Shown here piece by piece: positions 40,501-46,066 of a DNA stretch of 46,066 nt. Origin of the DNA: Pirellula sp. (GTDB taxonomy: Bacteria; Planctomycetota; Planctomycetia; Pirellulales; Pirellulaceae); assembly GCA_040080875.1 (NCBI GenBank), contig JBEBHM010000001.1, positions 1 to 46,066 on the forward strand, in the 5' to 3' direction. Each line of letters starts with the position of its first letter. The first letter of the stretch is position 1. The notes under the pieces were generated by a model that saw only the letters and a program-made list of their open reading frames with translations, ran no database searches and was not told the DNA's origin. Made by a program: the position numbers and the translations under genes.

Positions 40501-41113
40501 CCGCGATCTGTTCGAGCACGCGCGGGTCGTCCGGAAAGAGTGTTTCCAAGCGTTGCCAGACTTTTAGGGCATCGTCGGTCCGCTGGGCACGTTGGTGGAC
40601 TCGACCGAGCTGCTGGAAGATCTCGAGCAGGTCATTGCGGGCTGGCTTACGTTCGAGAGCCCGTTCCAGGGCCGTCACGGCCTCTGCCGATTGGCCGATA
40701 CGCAAAAGCGACTGGCCTAAATAGTAAGGAGCCATTGGGTCATTGGGGCGAAGCGTTGAGGCTTGACTAAACGCTTCGACGGCGGCTGCATCGGCACCTC
40801 GTTGCGACTCAAACAATCCGAGCAACATCCAGGCATCGCTATCTTTCGGATCCTTGGTCGTTCGATCTTGAAGCTTGGCGATGAAACCGTCTAGCGAACC
40901 GAATTCGACATGATGACCGTAGACCCGGTCGAGGGCAGTTCCGCGCCGCGGACTCTTTTCCAACACTTTAAGAAAACGGTCGGTGGCCTGTACCTGTTTG
41001 GCTTCTTCCTCAGATAATTCATCGCCTTGATAAGCCAAGCAGGCGCTGAAGGCAGGAACGAAGAGAAATTGAAATGAGAACGCAAAAACAAGAGCCCGGA
41101 GTTCAAGTCGCAT
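28586..41113 (-). CDS. giant secreted TPR-repeat protein with C-terminal DUF1583-type beta-rich modules (4175 aa)
   Basis: Uninterrupted 12.5-kb ORF with a signal peptide, many TPR motifs (AWMLLGLFESQRG, YYLGQSLLRIG), a Pro-rich linker, and duplicated modules (LYFKYPLEGDFEV/LYFQSPLKGKFEI; YHRPL..AYPTLG/YQRPM..VHPSVG). Confidence 0.92.
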   Translation of the reverse strand: MRLELRALVFAFSFQFLFVPAFSACLAYQGDELSEEEAKQVQATDRFLKVLEKSPRRGTALDRVYGHHVEFGSLDGFIAKLQDRTTKDPKDSDAWMLLGLFESQRGADAAAVEAFSQASTLRPNDPMAPYYLGQSLLRIGQSAEAVTALERALERKPARNDLLEIFQQLGRVHQRAQRTDDALKVWQRLETLFPDDPRVLEQIAVTLAEEGGHALALPRYERLAKLVKDDYRRVLFRVEAAGLKVKTNQRDVGINDMESVLQDLNPDSWLYRDVRRRIENVFLKSGDQDNLVKYYEKWLSTRPEDIEAMARLAKFLASSARVPEATVWMEKALKLAPSRADLRKAFIDQLVDDQRIPEAIKQYEQLVASAPSNPDFLRDWGKLVLKDKSQDADVRKKEAVRVWSQIVAIRPNDASNLAQVADLYRQSNLTEEATGLYQKAVEVAPNEPQYREYLGEYLHIQKRSDEAALVWKSIAEGTRRTAENITRLAEVYNSFGFNQQSASEIAEACKMSPKDFSLQLRSADYHMRADKTDEALGFIDAAEKLAANEDERSAIIKQRIEVFQSSQRLDAEIEKLSSALRSNAAATAEQWHVLARYLEAERQWASASEAINEAIGRDEKSIPILTTAAKIAEASGDFGQAAQLNRKLASVDRRSIGDHLMNVARLEAQLGRSDEALKASQDLIVSAPGNTDNYEFLAQMCFRLGKQAEGLEALRKAVRINPNEPHLIMALGGALSDQLRTEEAIEVYWRAFEKSDELDDKTSLVLKLVPLYLQINQFEKLVERLERDRREEEKRREMTICLAQAHNLAGDYGTARQELESLLSKETRDTNLLQQLAKLCEGGSDLEAAIGYQRQLVAIAPGAETEFPLAKMLQTRGDRDEATEILVKLTRREEDPAKLLKSVDSLLQQSSLEAAISILDPLLSQQRDDWELIYREGVAWAMLNKREEASLRFKRLLALSIPHDSMGTNALAKFKQAQAKAKSDNLRGASTQLPARQSPLTLLNMSSAIQRAVGLSSDNYYSSSSGPPPVWMPDYFCLARMASYGWLLKFEEDAKGESSSAVASKNSSSNNSVSTDLAPSRPSEKDANASFADEISARASEVNASRDATYDALYLATLRNKNDEVFNMARRLAKTGGKEEKSYFLNSLQLRGMSVDQGSSVRANEATQKKTPLTTEDLDLMMACFDSLGKLTADDLSAAVSSSQIIYSTSGQAYVNVGGQYIQISGAFSQASNYMGMVVKELQLAGREQQAKDLIGRAQTDAKSAAQLAGVLALLFEENKLDEASSVYARWIAQAKQDIAKAATAVPTRQNRLASQRVTPLAGLSNLLMRWMGKLGPDEEHAQILSILDPALDLAIEGAKQRRTEQSKLNQRQAAVTSGASAGQYYLECMYGKERIQARLDFPRPNVYLDQTTLGLIREVFEVFKRNDVVADLPAHLRKRLEKAPEDDRLYEQLMLAAALWWTEDQDESVELMTKVSDALKEDINFRFEMAAMREMRGDLDDALEIIESIMPRDQQWLQRKELAALQIAERLGDNERAFAAAERLFGLRLDTNTQLNLAQRMRRLGLHELADAVISRAERKAGSQSSSLLSLMTMYQGLGKTDEAKQIAHMLLQRTSAANSSAMASSTRNPFRYSQSGDATRRQALQVLVQTGDLKNVIAQVESQLARSPDSTRLYEQLIEYYNTLGDKNKVGELLEKAVAKKPDSIVLRYQWTKNLESNNKLKEACDQYLELLRSKPEWVMDDFYSVRNVFQRANRTPELVDALKGMNVRKIQQPYYIIDLVSNLMGDEKNSAVAIELLEKVFDAFPSYRSNMLSNLRNPKLWQNDRLFEIGKRSFIPTESQVDAKPWFGVDQIYSYSTDSVNSSFSTMIQSIGASGKQADMEKAISEGVQKMPGWLGGKTMLGIMDLNAGRKEQGAKRFMEVLDDASVLKGMPSSACWIVGQELDRTQDGRPLAIKLFEQALATTDSGSMQQIQYSPAARLVKVYTDSGRKEDARTLILKLVRNVNLPNYDAQYASNIRIENSMWAANKFLEIGMPVDAVRLYRESTEDQMALELAASWNGRQPDYYATQANKGIAKALQSLNSDNASEAMTHLLTTPERLPTGSAAIDLILSIPDSKTIQTKRMESGLSDLFKSLAETGSAKRAIDMRMADMQANLPKDLSIGVAHVLFRSKSKLDDIDSLIDSLVAAVKDNPLDAIAEGRQPNSRQRKEAMLSVPLWLVARECLRDKAKLAQGQALAERALLSARRQVGYLHSASILMEWTSILTEQGDRVGAEEKLSELLKIATERPKRKPAPAPSPNAALNQVNPATGVAQRGPSPAGAAVPQGLALPPGVNLPPQVAQRLAAGQLPGQPARPSAGAIPSGPTSSGPNPSARSAGDTIPPLTMSQFNLAMMVSLLATENDMHGLSRKAVKDALAGGIPIDDVSVPQTSRSISMAGGVVTASTLSSANARPGGNNTNESQVSQALQKTIAKWNGTAYPPGEVYDLLKALVLPSTRPTEVHLYTDTSNLREARLSSLGESLVAWAKKAGKTEELESQLEERKRTPATIIPATVMQTLIAIGSGQTEKAKTRMDELGKECAKPISPALMQTASHAALRATTIPSLKDAAISILKKGLEQQTLATIGNQSNNSNPFGEPSVSDGSSSMGKLAEMVHRHVAESGNSESVKKYFESLVASRQSYYARYSDGGIGQQKSDIATFASEAARIGITDVAMDFAGRSLDLSTNRYGSISMKLPLAVAARELRGKPPVERYNTWRTWTMPAPARKTIRFSAELMIPTTAPEPFLKLAATQRKPLNTDFVCNFTELVDAAKESAQLDELQKQSEQAIEEKIMGADVLLALIAMERADPKSFEPAITTAVNNILERKKPPTGPTNPASTNIDPSFANLDYVLFSACMRSSEFANAYLKALGKTQFSASNVYFPAFPSRTTFEFANRLFADTHATAKPGEDARFVHWISASNMSEPATATKSWWYVSEGRLNYLAGLGADTLYFKYPLEGDFEVSVESSFPVSGSLGFGGCLLQDSQVASQSGGESIYQYIPRTPDASTDTKAMSMRSSIQKQAFTIDHREIYSEGNSKTSPWIALSAPRGNMASFRNVSIYGSPVIPRSVKLLDSDSMDGWNCTFFNETRFKKRLMAVQATENDSNYYTQQREPTTFDWAIKDGVLHADAATDLFDPRQSWIFYHRPLDSGETFAYEFFHKSGESVAYPTLGRIAFLLDSNGSKAHWIAQANWDDAVDGIPLDNAIEEPTNRRGSGAPPLKDGDWNSVELTLKDHVATVSLNGVIVYERPHEQQLDTRFGIFRYKNQAAKIRNASLKGPWPTELTAEMRQGLFATDLERTPVDRRAINSVMLDRFADTDVRNTVAQSRKLTDEHAFDMLRQWTLPSDDHSNFRLYYRLESPEGTGGTPHDSKMDHSDTERLLSPAIELVQLAAKLKRLDELALLVRNTETKDPLQTRNKNAIQALIAIEQRNDALIRKIMADVYTPVAQGMPKDMESRDRAAEFVVAWHAASHPGLTNMASDIAIALTKTERNKDTTSNNAVWKTHLGILSGRLANAMASDRQPSLANDPSKQWQTVPFVRPADLPAGNRRSSWTFSPGTLQHITGGSPSMLYFQSPLKGKFEIVAQRSMFNNRDVAIAYGMHAVDLIKGKQAISVSKLLRAPREIEQKVNVPDTGDLFEHSVAVDGNRVKTSINGIVVHEERFSEQPDPWIVLQAKQPHFASVIRDLRILGSPEIPSEIDLIKMGGWAGWRADRFGETHSGDRGLVNMDDGQMYYRSGQSQNEPWQLMGDELVGTLRAKSLGSVVSPSWMKYQRPMLEDGTIEWESFYTPGEFEVHPSVGNVVYCITPKGVATKPIDNNIYKTSEVAIDGSASIELREKDWNRFKLAMKGNRVSLFVNNHQVAEFPAEISRNERHFGLFRYSDKYQCRVRNLIYRGEWPKTLPSIADQELAYPKGGPYQLPDGDNLQTTEIVMNQSMEAIKKAGIKIQGRADQFTVTDSGLKIAMRNASTYEARPLLQLSVSHGKDCDVTVDYQDASFQSAKQGWGTLFALVASLDDAEQSSIEGAIKKNLEGDLQFIGSRRRNQPSGIQSTVETFFAAGPKESGRIRLARRGGEIHFLHAEKGSDEFQLIHSVSVGNSSIKSMKIEAKSSDDIGQIDVTLTKLSIRTYEK

Positions 41114-41470
41114 AAAGCACTCCTATTGCAAAGAATTGGCAACGTTAGACGAAAGTCAAAATTTCTTTCTCGACAACCAAACTGATTAGGAGATGAGTGT
41201 AACGGTGTCACGAATGTAAAACAACCAATTCCAATAGAAAGTTCTCCGGAACAAGAAATTGCCGCATACGATGGCATGAATTGTTCTGTGGTGGAGTCGT
41301 GCGATCATAGAGAGTGAGGATAATTCTGCTAAAATGAAATGCTTGAATTTAATGTGCGCCGAAACCTCGGTCGCAACGTCGGAGCATTCGGAACATCGTT
41401 ACGTCTGCCGGATGGAAAACCACTCGAATCGACGCCCTTGGCTCACTATCGGCAGGAGTAACTAACAAAA

Positions 41471-43153
41471 ATGATTATCCAATCGGTTAGCAACTTGTTG
41501 GCTATCGTGTTTGGCATCGTCATCGCGGATGGCGCGGAGAACGTAAAAGACGCGGGCGAGAATGCTACCACACGGGGCATCATCGACTTTGCTCGGCCCA
41601 AGAACGCAGTGCAGTTGATTGGACCAAGTGGTTCTCAATTCGTGGCAGAGAATCCTGAACTGGTTTGCAAATGGACTTTTCAAGACGGCATCTTAACCGC
41701 TTCTCCCAAGTGGGATAGCGTTGTGACTCCGGAGGCCTATCAAGATTTTCGCATGCACCTGGAATTCAACGTCAACAATTCCACCGACCTGCCGCCAGAG
41801 ATGAATGGGAATTCTGGCATCTATATTCAACAGCGCTACGAATTGCAAATATTGAATTCCTTTGGCGTGTCGCCTAGCGACTACAAGGCCACCGATTGCG
41901 GCAGCATTTATCAACAAAAGAAGCCCGACCAAATTGTTTGTCGACCGGCGGGTGAATGGCAGAGTTTTGACATCGCCTTTCGAGCAGCTCGATTTCAAGG
42001 AGGACAAAAGATTCAGAACGCCAGGATTACTGTTTATCACAACGAGCATTTGATTCACGACGACTACCCACTCAAGCGTCAATCGGGAGCCGGAAAAAAA
42101 GAGCAGCCAATTGCTCTCCCGATCAAACTGCAAGGGCACCATAACCAAGTGCGTTTTCGAAACGTTTGGATCCAGCGATTGTCGCTGGAAAATCACCCAG
42201 TTCCGGAAAGCGAGTCATGGCTGACGTACAAGGGGAGCGATGGGCCAGGCAAAGGAAAGCATGTTGTCCTCATCGCGGCCGAACAGGAATATCGCAGTGA
42301 GCAGGCGATGCCCATGTTGGCCAAGGTGCTTTCGGAACATCATGGTTTTGATTGCACGGTTCTTTTTTCAGTCAACGCAAACGGCGAAGTGGATCCGACG
42401 CTACCCGCTCCGTTCAAGGACAAGAAGGATCGCCACAACATACCTGGCCTACAATATTTGTCAGATGCGGATTGCATGATTTGGATATCTCGCTTTATGC
42501 AGCTGCCTGATGAGCAAATGACTTGCTTTCATGACTATTTTGATTCCGGTAAACCCTTGATCGCCTTGCGAACCGCAAATCATGGGTTCATGGGAGGAAA
42601 ACCCTATCGAGTCAACGAACGCATCGTGAGTTTGCGAGAGTTGCTGGGAGGAACGTTCATAGAGCATCACGGTGGATGGCATCGCGAATCGACCAAAGGC
42701 ATTGTTGTCCCGGAAAACAGATCGCATCCTATTCTGATCGGCGTGAACTCTATCTGGGGTACATCTGACGTCTACCGATGCCACAACGACAAGTCCCCGT
42801 TTCCTGACGATTGCACGACTCTCGTCTTGGGGCAGCCGCTCGTGAATCTCAAGCCCGATGCACCTGCGAATGAATCGAAAGTACCACTACCGGTCGCGTG
42901 GACGAAAACTTGGATAGGCAACAAGCAATTACCCTCAAAGATTTTTCATTGCACGATGGGGTCAGCCGAAGATTTCGCGAACGCGGGTGTGCGAAGAATG
43001 ACGATCAATGCCGTTTACTGGGGGCTTGGGATCGAGTCCGAGATCACGCCGGATCGTTCCGTCGATATTGTCGGCGAGTATCAGCCACTCGCAGCCGGAT
43101 TCAACTATGAGGCACTAGGCGTCAAACCACACAAGCCTAGTTTCTACAAGTAA
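41471..43153 (+). CDS. DUF1080 (3-keto-disaccharide hydrolase-like) fused to a ThuA-like domain
   Basis: YQDFRMHLEF..GNSGIYIQQRYELQILNS..GEWQSFDI..LQGHHNQVRFRNVWI, followed by GKHVVLIAAEQEYRSEQ..GKPLIALRTANH..PVAWT..IFHCTMG. AGGAG ribosome-binding site upstream. Confidence 0.88.
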   Translation: MIIQSVSNLLAIVFGIVIADGAENVKDAGENATTRGIIDFARPKNAVQLIGPSGSQFVAENPELVCKWTFQDGILTASPKWDSVVTPEAYQDFRMHLEFNVNNSTDLPPEMNGNSGIYIQQRYELQILNSFGVSPSDYKATDCGSIYQQKKPDQIVCRPAGEWQSFDIAFRAARFQGGQKIQNARITVYHNEHLIHDDYPLKRQSGAGKKEQPIALPIKLQGHHNQVRFRNVWIQRLSLENHPVPESESWLTYKGSDGPGKGKHVVLIAAEQEYRSEQAMPMLAKVLSEHHGFDCTVLFSVNANGEVDPTLPAPFKDKKDRHNIPGLQYLSDADCMIWISRFMQLPDEQMTCFHDYFDSGKPLIALRTANHGFMGGKPYRVNERIVSLRELLGGTFIEHHGGWHRESTKGIVVPENRSHPILIGVNSIWGTSDVYRCHNDKSPFPDDCTTLVLGQPLVNLKPDAPANESKVPLPVAWTKTWIGNKQLPSKIFHCTMGSAEDFANAGVRRMTINAVYWGLGIESEITPDRSVDIVGEYQPLAAGFNYEALGVKPHKPSFYK

Positions 43154-43175
43154 TTTGGAGCCTAAACACGTGCCA

Positions 43176-44237
43176 TCAATTCTTCGTTACAGACGTCAGC
43201 TGCCAGACGTCGGGTTGCATGTTGTTGCCGGCGATCATCCACAGCGAGCCATTGTGCACGACCAAACTGGCTGCATGTCTCGGCTTCCAGGGCGTGTGGG
43301 CGAGCTCGGTCCAGTGGATGCCGTCGGCTGAATACCAGACATCGTTTCGATTTCCGCCTTGTTGATGATAGCCCTCCATCACCCAGAGCTGATTCTCCCA
43401 TACCGCGACGTCGTGATACTGCCGGGGATGCCACGGCGCCTCGCGTGTATGCAAGGTCCAGTCGATCCCATCGGCCGAACTCCAGACGTCGTTGTAGAAT
43501 TTGCGCTGTGGTGTTGTCGGTGTGTCGTATGTCCCGCCCCCAAGTATCCAAATACGACCGTTCATCACCGCGCTCCCGCCGATCATTCCACGCGGTGACC
43601 AAAAAGGCTCTTTGGGAATGATCTCCTGCCACTCAACCCCGTCGGTGGATGTCCAGATATCGCGATAGAATTTCTCGTCGCCTGAGACAAAGCCCGGCAT
43701 GGTTTGGCCGCCCATGACCCAAAGCTTGTCTTGATGGACGACCGTGTAATGCAATACTCTCGGTCCCCACGGTACATCCTTTCCCTTGTTGACGTAGCTC
43801 CAATTCTTTCCGTCCGTCGAGTTCCATACGTCGTTCTGATAATGCTTCTGATTGCAATCACCCCCGATGATCCACATCTTGTCGCGATAGACTGCATAGC
43901 CAGCCGTATGACGCCCCTCCCAATCACTTTGCGTGTCGAACGCGCGATCCTTAAATGTATTGGGTTTGACAAGCGACCAACTCGCTCCATCTTTCGAAGA
44001 CCACACGTCGTTAGTGCATATCATAGGAAAGACACTGCGATTCCCAGGGTTCCAACCACCGAGCAGCCAAAGCTCTCCCCGGTAACTCAGAATTCCAGCT
44101 CCATCGCGTCCCATCCATGGAGCGGTGGTGGTCACAAGCCGCCACTCATACTTCGATTCATCCAAAGCGTTGACCGTACTCGTGAACGCGCCGATCAACT
44201 GCAACCCAACGATCCAAACGATTCGTGCACTCGACAT
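43176..44237 (-). CDS. secreted kelch/galactose-oxidase-like beta-propeller protein
   Basis: Signal peptide and repeats such as LWLLGG..NDVWSSKDG, MWIIGG..NDVWNSTDG, LWVMGG..DIWTSTDG and IWILGG..NDVWSSADG. Confidence 0.9.
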   Translation of the reverse strand: MSSARIVWIVGLQLIGAFTSTVNALDESKYEWRLVTTTAPWMGRDGAGILSYRGELWLLGGWNPGNRSVFPMICTNDVWSSKDGASWSLVKPNTFKDRAFDTQSDWEGRHTAGYAVYRDKMWIIGGDCNQKHYQNDVWNSTDGKNWSYVNKGKDVPWGPRVLHYTVVHQDKLWVMGGQTMPGFVSGDEKFYRDIWTSTDGVEWQEIIPKEPFWSPRGMIGGSAVMNGRIWILGGGTYDTPTTPQRKFYNDVWSSADGIDWTLHTREAPWHPRQYHDVAVWENQLWVMEGYHQQGGNRNDVWYSADGIHWTELAHTPWKPRHAASLVVHNGSLWMIAGNNMQPDVWQLTSVTKN

Positions 44238-44319
44238 CTCGACTCTCCGTATTTACTTAGTTGTGTTGGATTCCATGCGTGTCAAGAGGAGCCATGGTTT
44301 CTAGCATTCGATGTGAGAT

Positions 44320-45630
44320 CTACTTCGGTTCTTTTTCGAAGGTATGGCGTTGCGGAGTTGATTTCAATCGTCCTTGCAGGGTGAAGAGTTGCACAAGACC
44401 ATCGTTGACCAATCGCTCCCCTGATCCCACTTCGGCTTGCGTGGTATCGCTGGCTCCGTACCCGCCGCGAGCGGCCGACTGCATGTCGGGAAGATAGCTT
44501 GGCCACGCATAGGCGCCATCACAGCAATAGCCAAAGAGATAAGCATGCTTTAATCCGGCATTGCGACGAAACTCTACTTGGAATTTGTGGAACGGCTCGC
44601 CCGGCATGGTGATGATCCCGATGTTGTCGTTGATGAGCATGGCCGTCACTCCAAGCGTCAATCGATCATCCGGCTTCCAGCGATTTCGGAATTCGGTTGC
44701 ACGCGAAGAATAAGAAACTGAATTTGAAATTCCCGGATCGTCTTTGACAAAAGCAAGTGCGCGTTTAACTTCCACGGCTAGCAAATCGCCGAGCTTTTGT
44801 ACATCCTCGAAATCCTTTTCACGCGATTCTCCGCGCGCCATGATCAGTGGATTGATATCTCCGCCACCTCCCTGAATGAACATGCACATGCATTGTGGTC
44901 CAAGCTCTGATTCCACGATTTGGCGCATGACGCCAGGGTAATCTGCCGAGAGCTGTTGGTTTCGCGGACCGAGTATGACGGGATGGCACGCATAGTTGAC
45001 AAGCACTGCTCGCACTTTTTTCTCGTCATCCGTAACTCGAATCACTCCCACTTGGGGATCAACCGAGCCATACGGAATGCGCTCTGGGTTCTCAAAATGA
45101 GTGACTGAGTGGTCACCCCGATGCACGAGCCTGTTGTAGCCAAGCTGAATTTGGCTTTCGGCAGCTGCAAAATATCCTTTGAACATCGATTGCTTGGCCC
45201 GGACTATCGCTTCCGCGATACGATCATCGACGATGTTTTTCCACGGCTTGTCGGCCGCGGGGAAATCATCCTGGTTCATCTTGGGACCGGCATGCGTGTG
45301 CGTGTTCATCAACAACAGAGTGTGAACACCCAGTTCTTGAACACGTTGGTGCAAACTCGGGGAGTTGTAGACGCATAAATCACACGAAACAATCGCTATA
45401 CACGCATCGTTCGACTTCAGGAGCATGACGCGCGCCGTGATCGGATCATGCACCCCCTCCGTGGGCTTTGCCGACGAATAGCCTGCGGTCAGTCCACCGA
45501 TGGGTGGCGTAATGTCGACAATCGCCAATCCAACTTGAATGTCCGCGAAAACGGTGGACGTTTCCACTGTTACAGTCACAGCCGCTAGGAACAACCGCGT
45601 CAAAAAAAGGAGTTTCATTTGTGCAAACAT
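44320..45630 (-). CDS. neutral/alkaline ceramidase N-terminal-domain-like hydrolase
   Basis: VDITPP, GVHDPITAR, NTHTHAGP, NYACHP, SADYPG, QGGGGDINP and MPGEPF, with a signal peptide. Confidence 0.88.
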   Translation of the reverse strand: MFAQMKLLFLTRLFLAAVTVTVETSTVFADIQVGLAIVDITPPIGGLTAGYSSAKPTEGVHDPITARVMLLKSNDACIAIVSCDLCVYNSPSLHQRVQELGVHTLLLMNTHTHAGPKMNQDDFPAADKPWKNIVDDRIAEAIVRAKQSMFKGYFAAAESQIQLGYNRLVHRGDHSVTHFENPERIPYGSVDPQVGVIRVTDDEKKVRAVLVNYACHPVILGPRNQQLSADYPGVMRQIVESELGPQCMCMFIQGGGGDINPLIMARGESREKDFEDVQKLGDLLAVEVKRALAFVKDDPGISNSVSYSSRATEFRNRWKPDDRLTLGVTAMLINDNIGIITMPGEPFHKFQVEFRRNAGLKHAYLFGYCCDGAYAWPSYLPDMQSAARGGYGASDTTQAEVGSGERLVNDGLVQLFTLQGRLKSTPQRHTFEKEPK

Positions 45631-45827
45631 TGAAATATCTCTTGAAGTTGATCTTTAGGTCTAGCGACAGAAACCGTTGCCATTTGGTTCGAATGCGATT
45701 GTACCTTCAAACAGCGGACGCGAGCATCGGACCCTTTGAAACGATTGCCCCAACGAACAAAAAAAGTGTTACCATTTTGATACGTTTAGCCAGAGTTTAC
45801 CCCTTACCAGCCTGTGAGCCATTTTCC

Positions 45828-46066
45828 ATGGACGTCCGCTATTCGATTCAGGATACGAGCGAAATCTTGTCTCCCGCTCTGGTTGTTTTCGAAGAGCTGC
45901 TTCGAAGCAATCTCCAGAAAATGGTGGCGATTGCCGGTGGCGTTCAACGGCTGAGACCGCATTGCAAGACGCACAAGATGCGCGAGGTGGCGGAAATGGA
46001 ACTGCAGCTTGGGATCGCCAAGCACAAGTGCGCCACGCTCGCCGAAGCGGAGATGCTCGCGACTGC
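45828..46066 (+). CDS. D-threonine aldolase/D-serine dehydratase family PLP enzyme (alanine-racemase fold), 3' end beyond the right window edge
   Basis: Manual translation MDVRYSIQDTSEILSPALVVFEELLRSNLQKM..RLRPHCKTHK..KHKCATLAEAEMLA, including the PLP-lysine motif RPHxKTHK. Not in the ORF track because it has no stop in the window. Confidence 0.9.
   Translation, partial: MDVRYSIQDTSEILSPALVVFEELLRSNLQKMVAIAGGVQRLRPHCKTHKMREVAEMELQLGIAKHKCATLAEAEMLAT

Noticed and set aside
29437-40770. Many 60-330 aa ORFs within the giant TPR gene
   Set aside because: They are antisense or alternate-frame shadows with no independent motifs.
45735-45750. TTGAAACGATTGC resembling a LacI-type operator and the 15200 hairpin arm
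   Set aside because: The palindrome is poor, it occurs once, and no regulator gene is nearby, so it is probably chance.

Overview
This 46 kb window looks like chromosomal DNA from a planctomycete, probably Pirellulaceae. The basis is lineage-typical families: a PSCyt/DUF1549-DUF1553 plus DUF1501 pair, a giant TPR-DUF1583-type protein, an SHD1 protein, and an ECF sigma factor paired with a Ser/Thr kinase. About 20 CDS are supported: a divergent Tex-like gene running off the left edge (missed by the ORF track), an HNH nuclease, DUF456, a BON protein, a lipoprotein, a large secretin with no nearby secretion genes, guaB, an SHD1 protein, a two-domain glycosyltransferase, a coiled-coil membrane protein, the kinase/ECF pair, PSCyt/DUF1501, a 4175-aa TPR protein, DUF1080-ThuA, a kelch protein, a ceramidase-like protein, and a D-threonine-aldolase-family enzyme cut by the right edge. 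The most unusual elements are: (1) a 973-nt miniature group II intron with both ends and DV/DVI intact but two large internal deletions, inserted exactly between a stop codon and a hairpin; (2) an inverted pair of GTAG-REP elements with compensatory stem changes directly after the HNH gene, which has a second palindromic repeat cluster upstream; (3) an ECF sigma factor with TTAD in place of DAED facing a zinc-finger kinase with a duplicated EF-hand periplasmic module. No rRNA, tRNA or CRISPR array was seen. All family assignments come from motif recognition by eye, not database searches.
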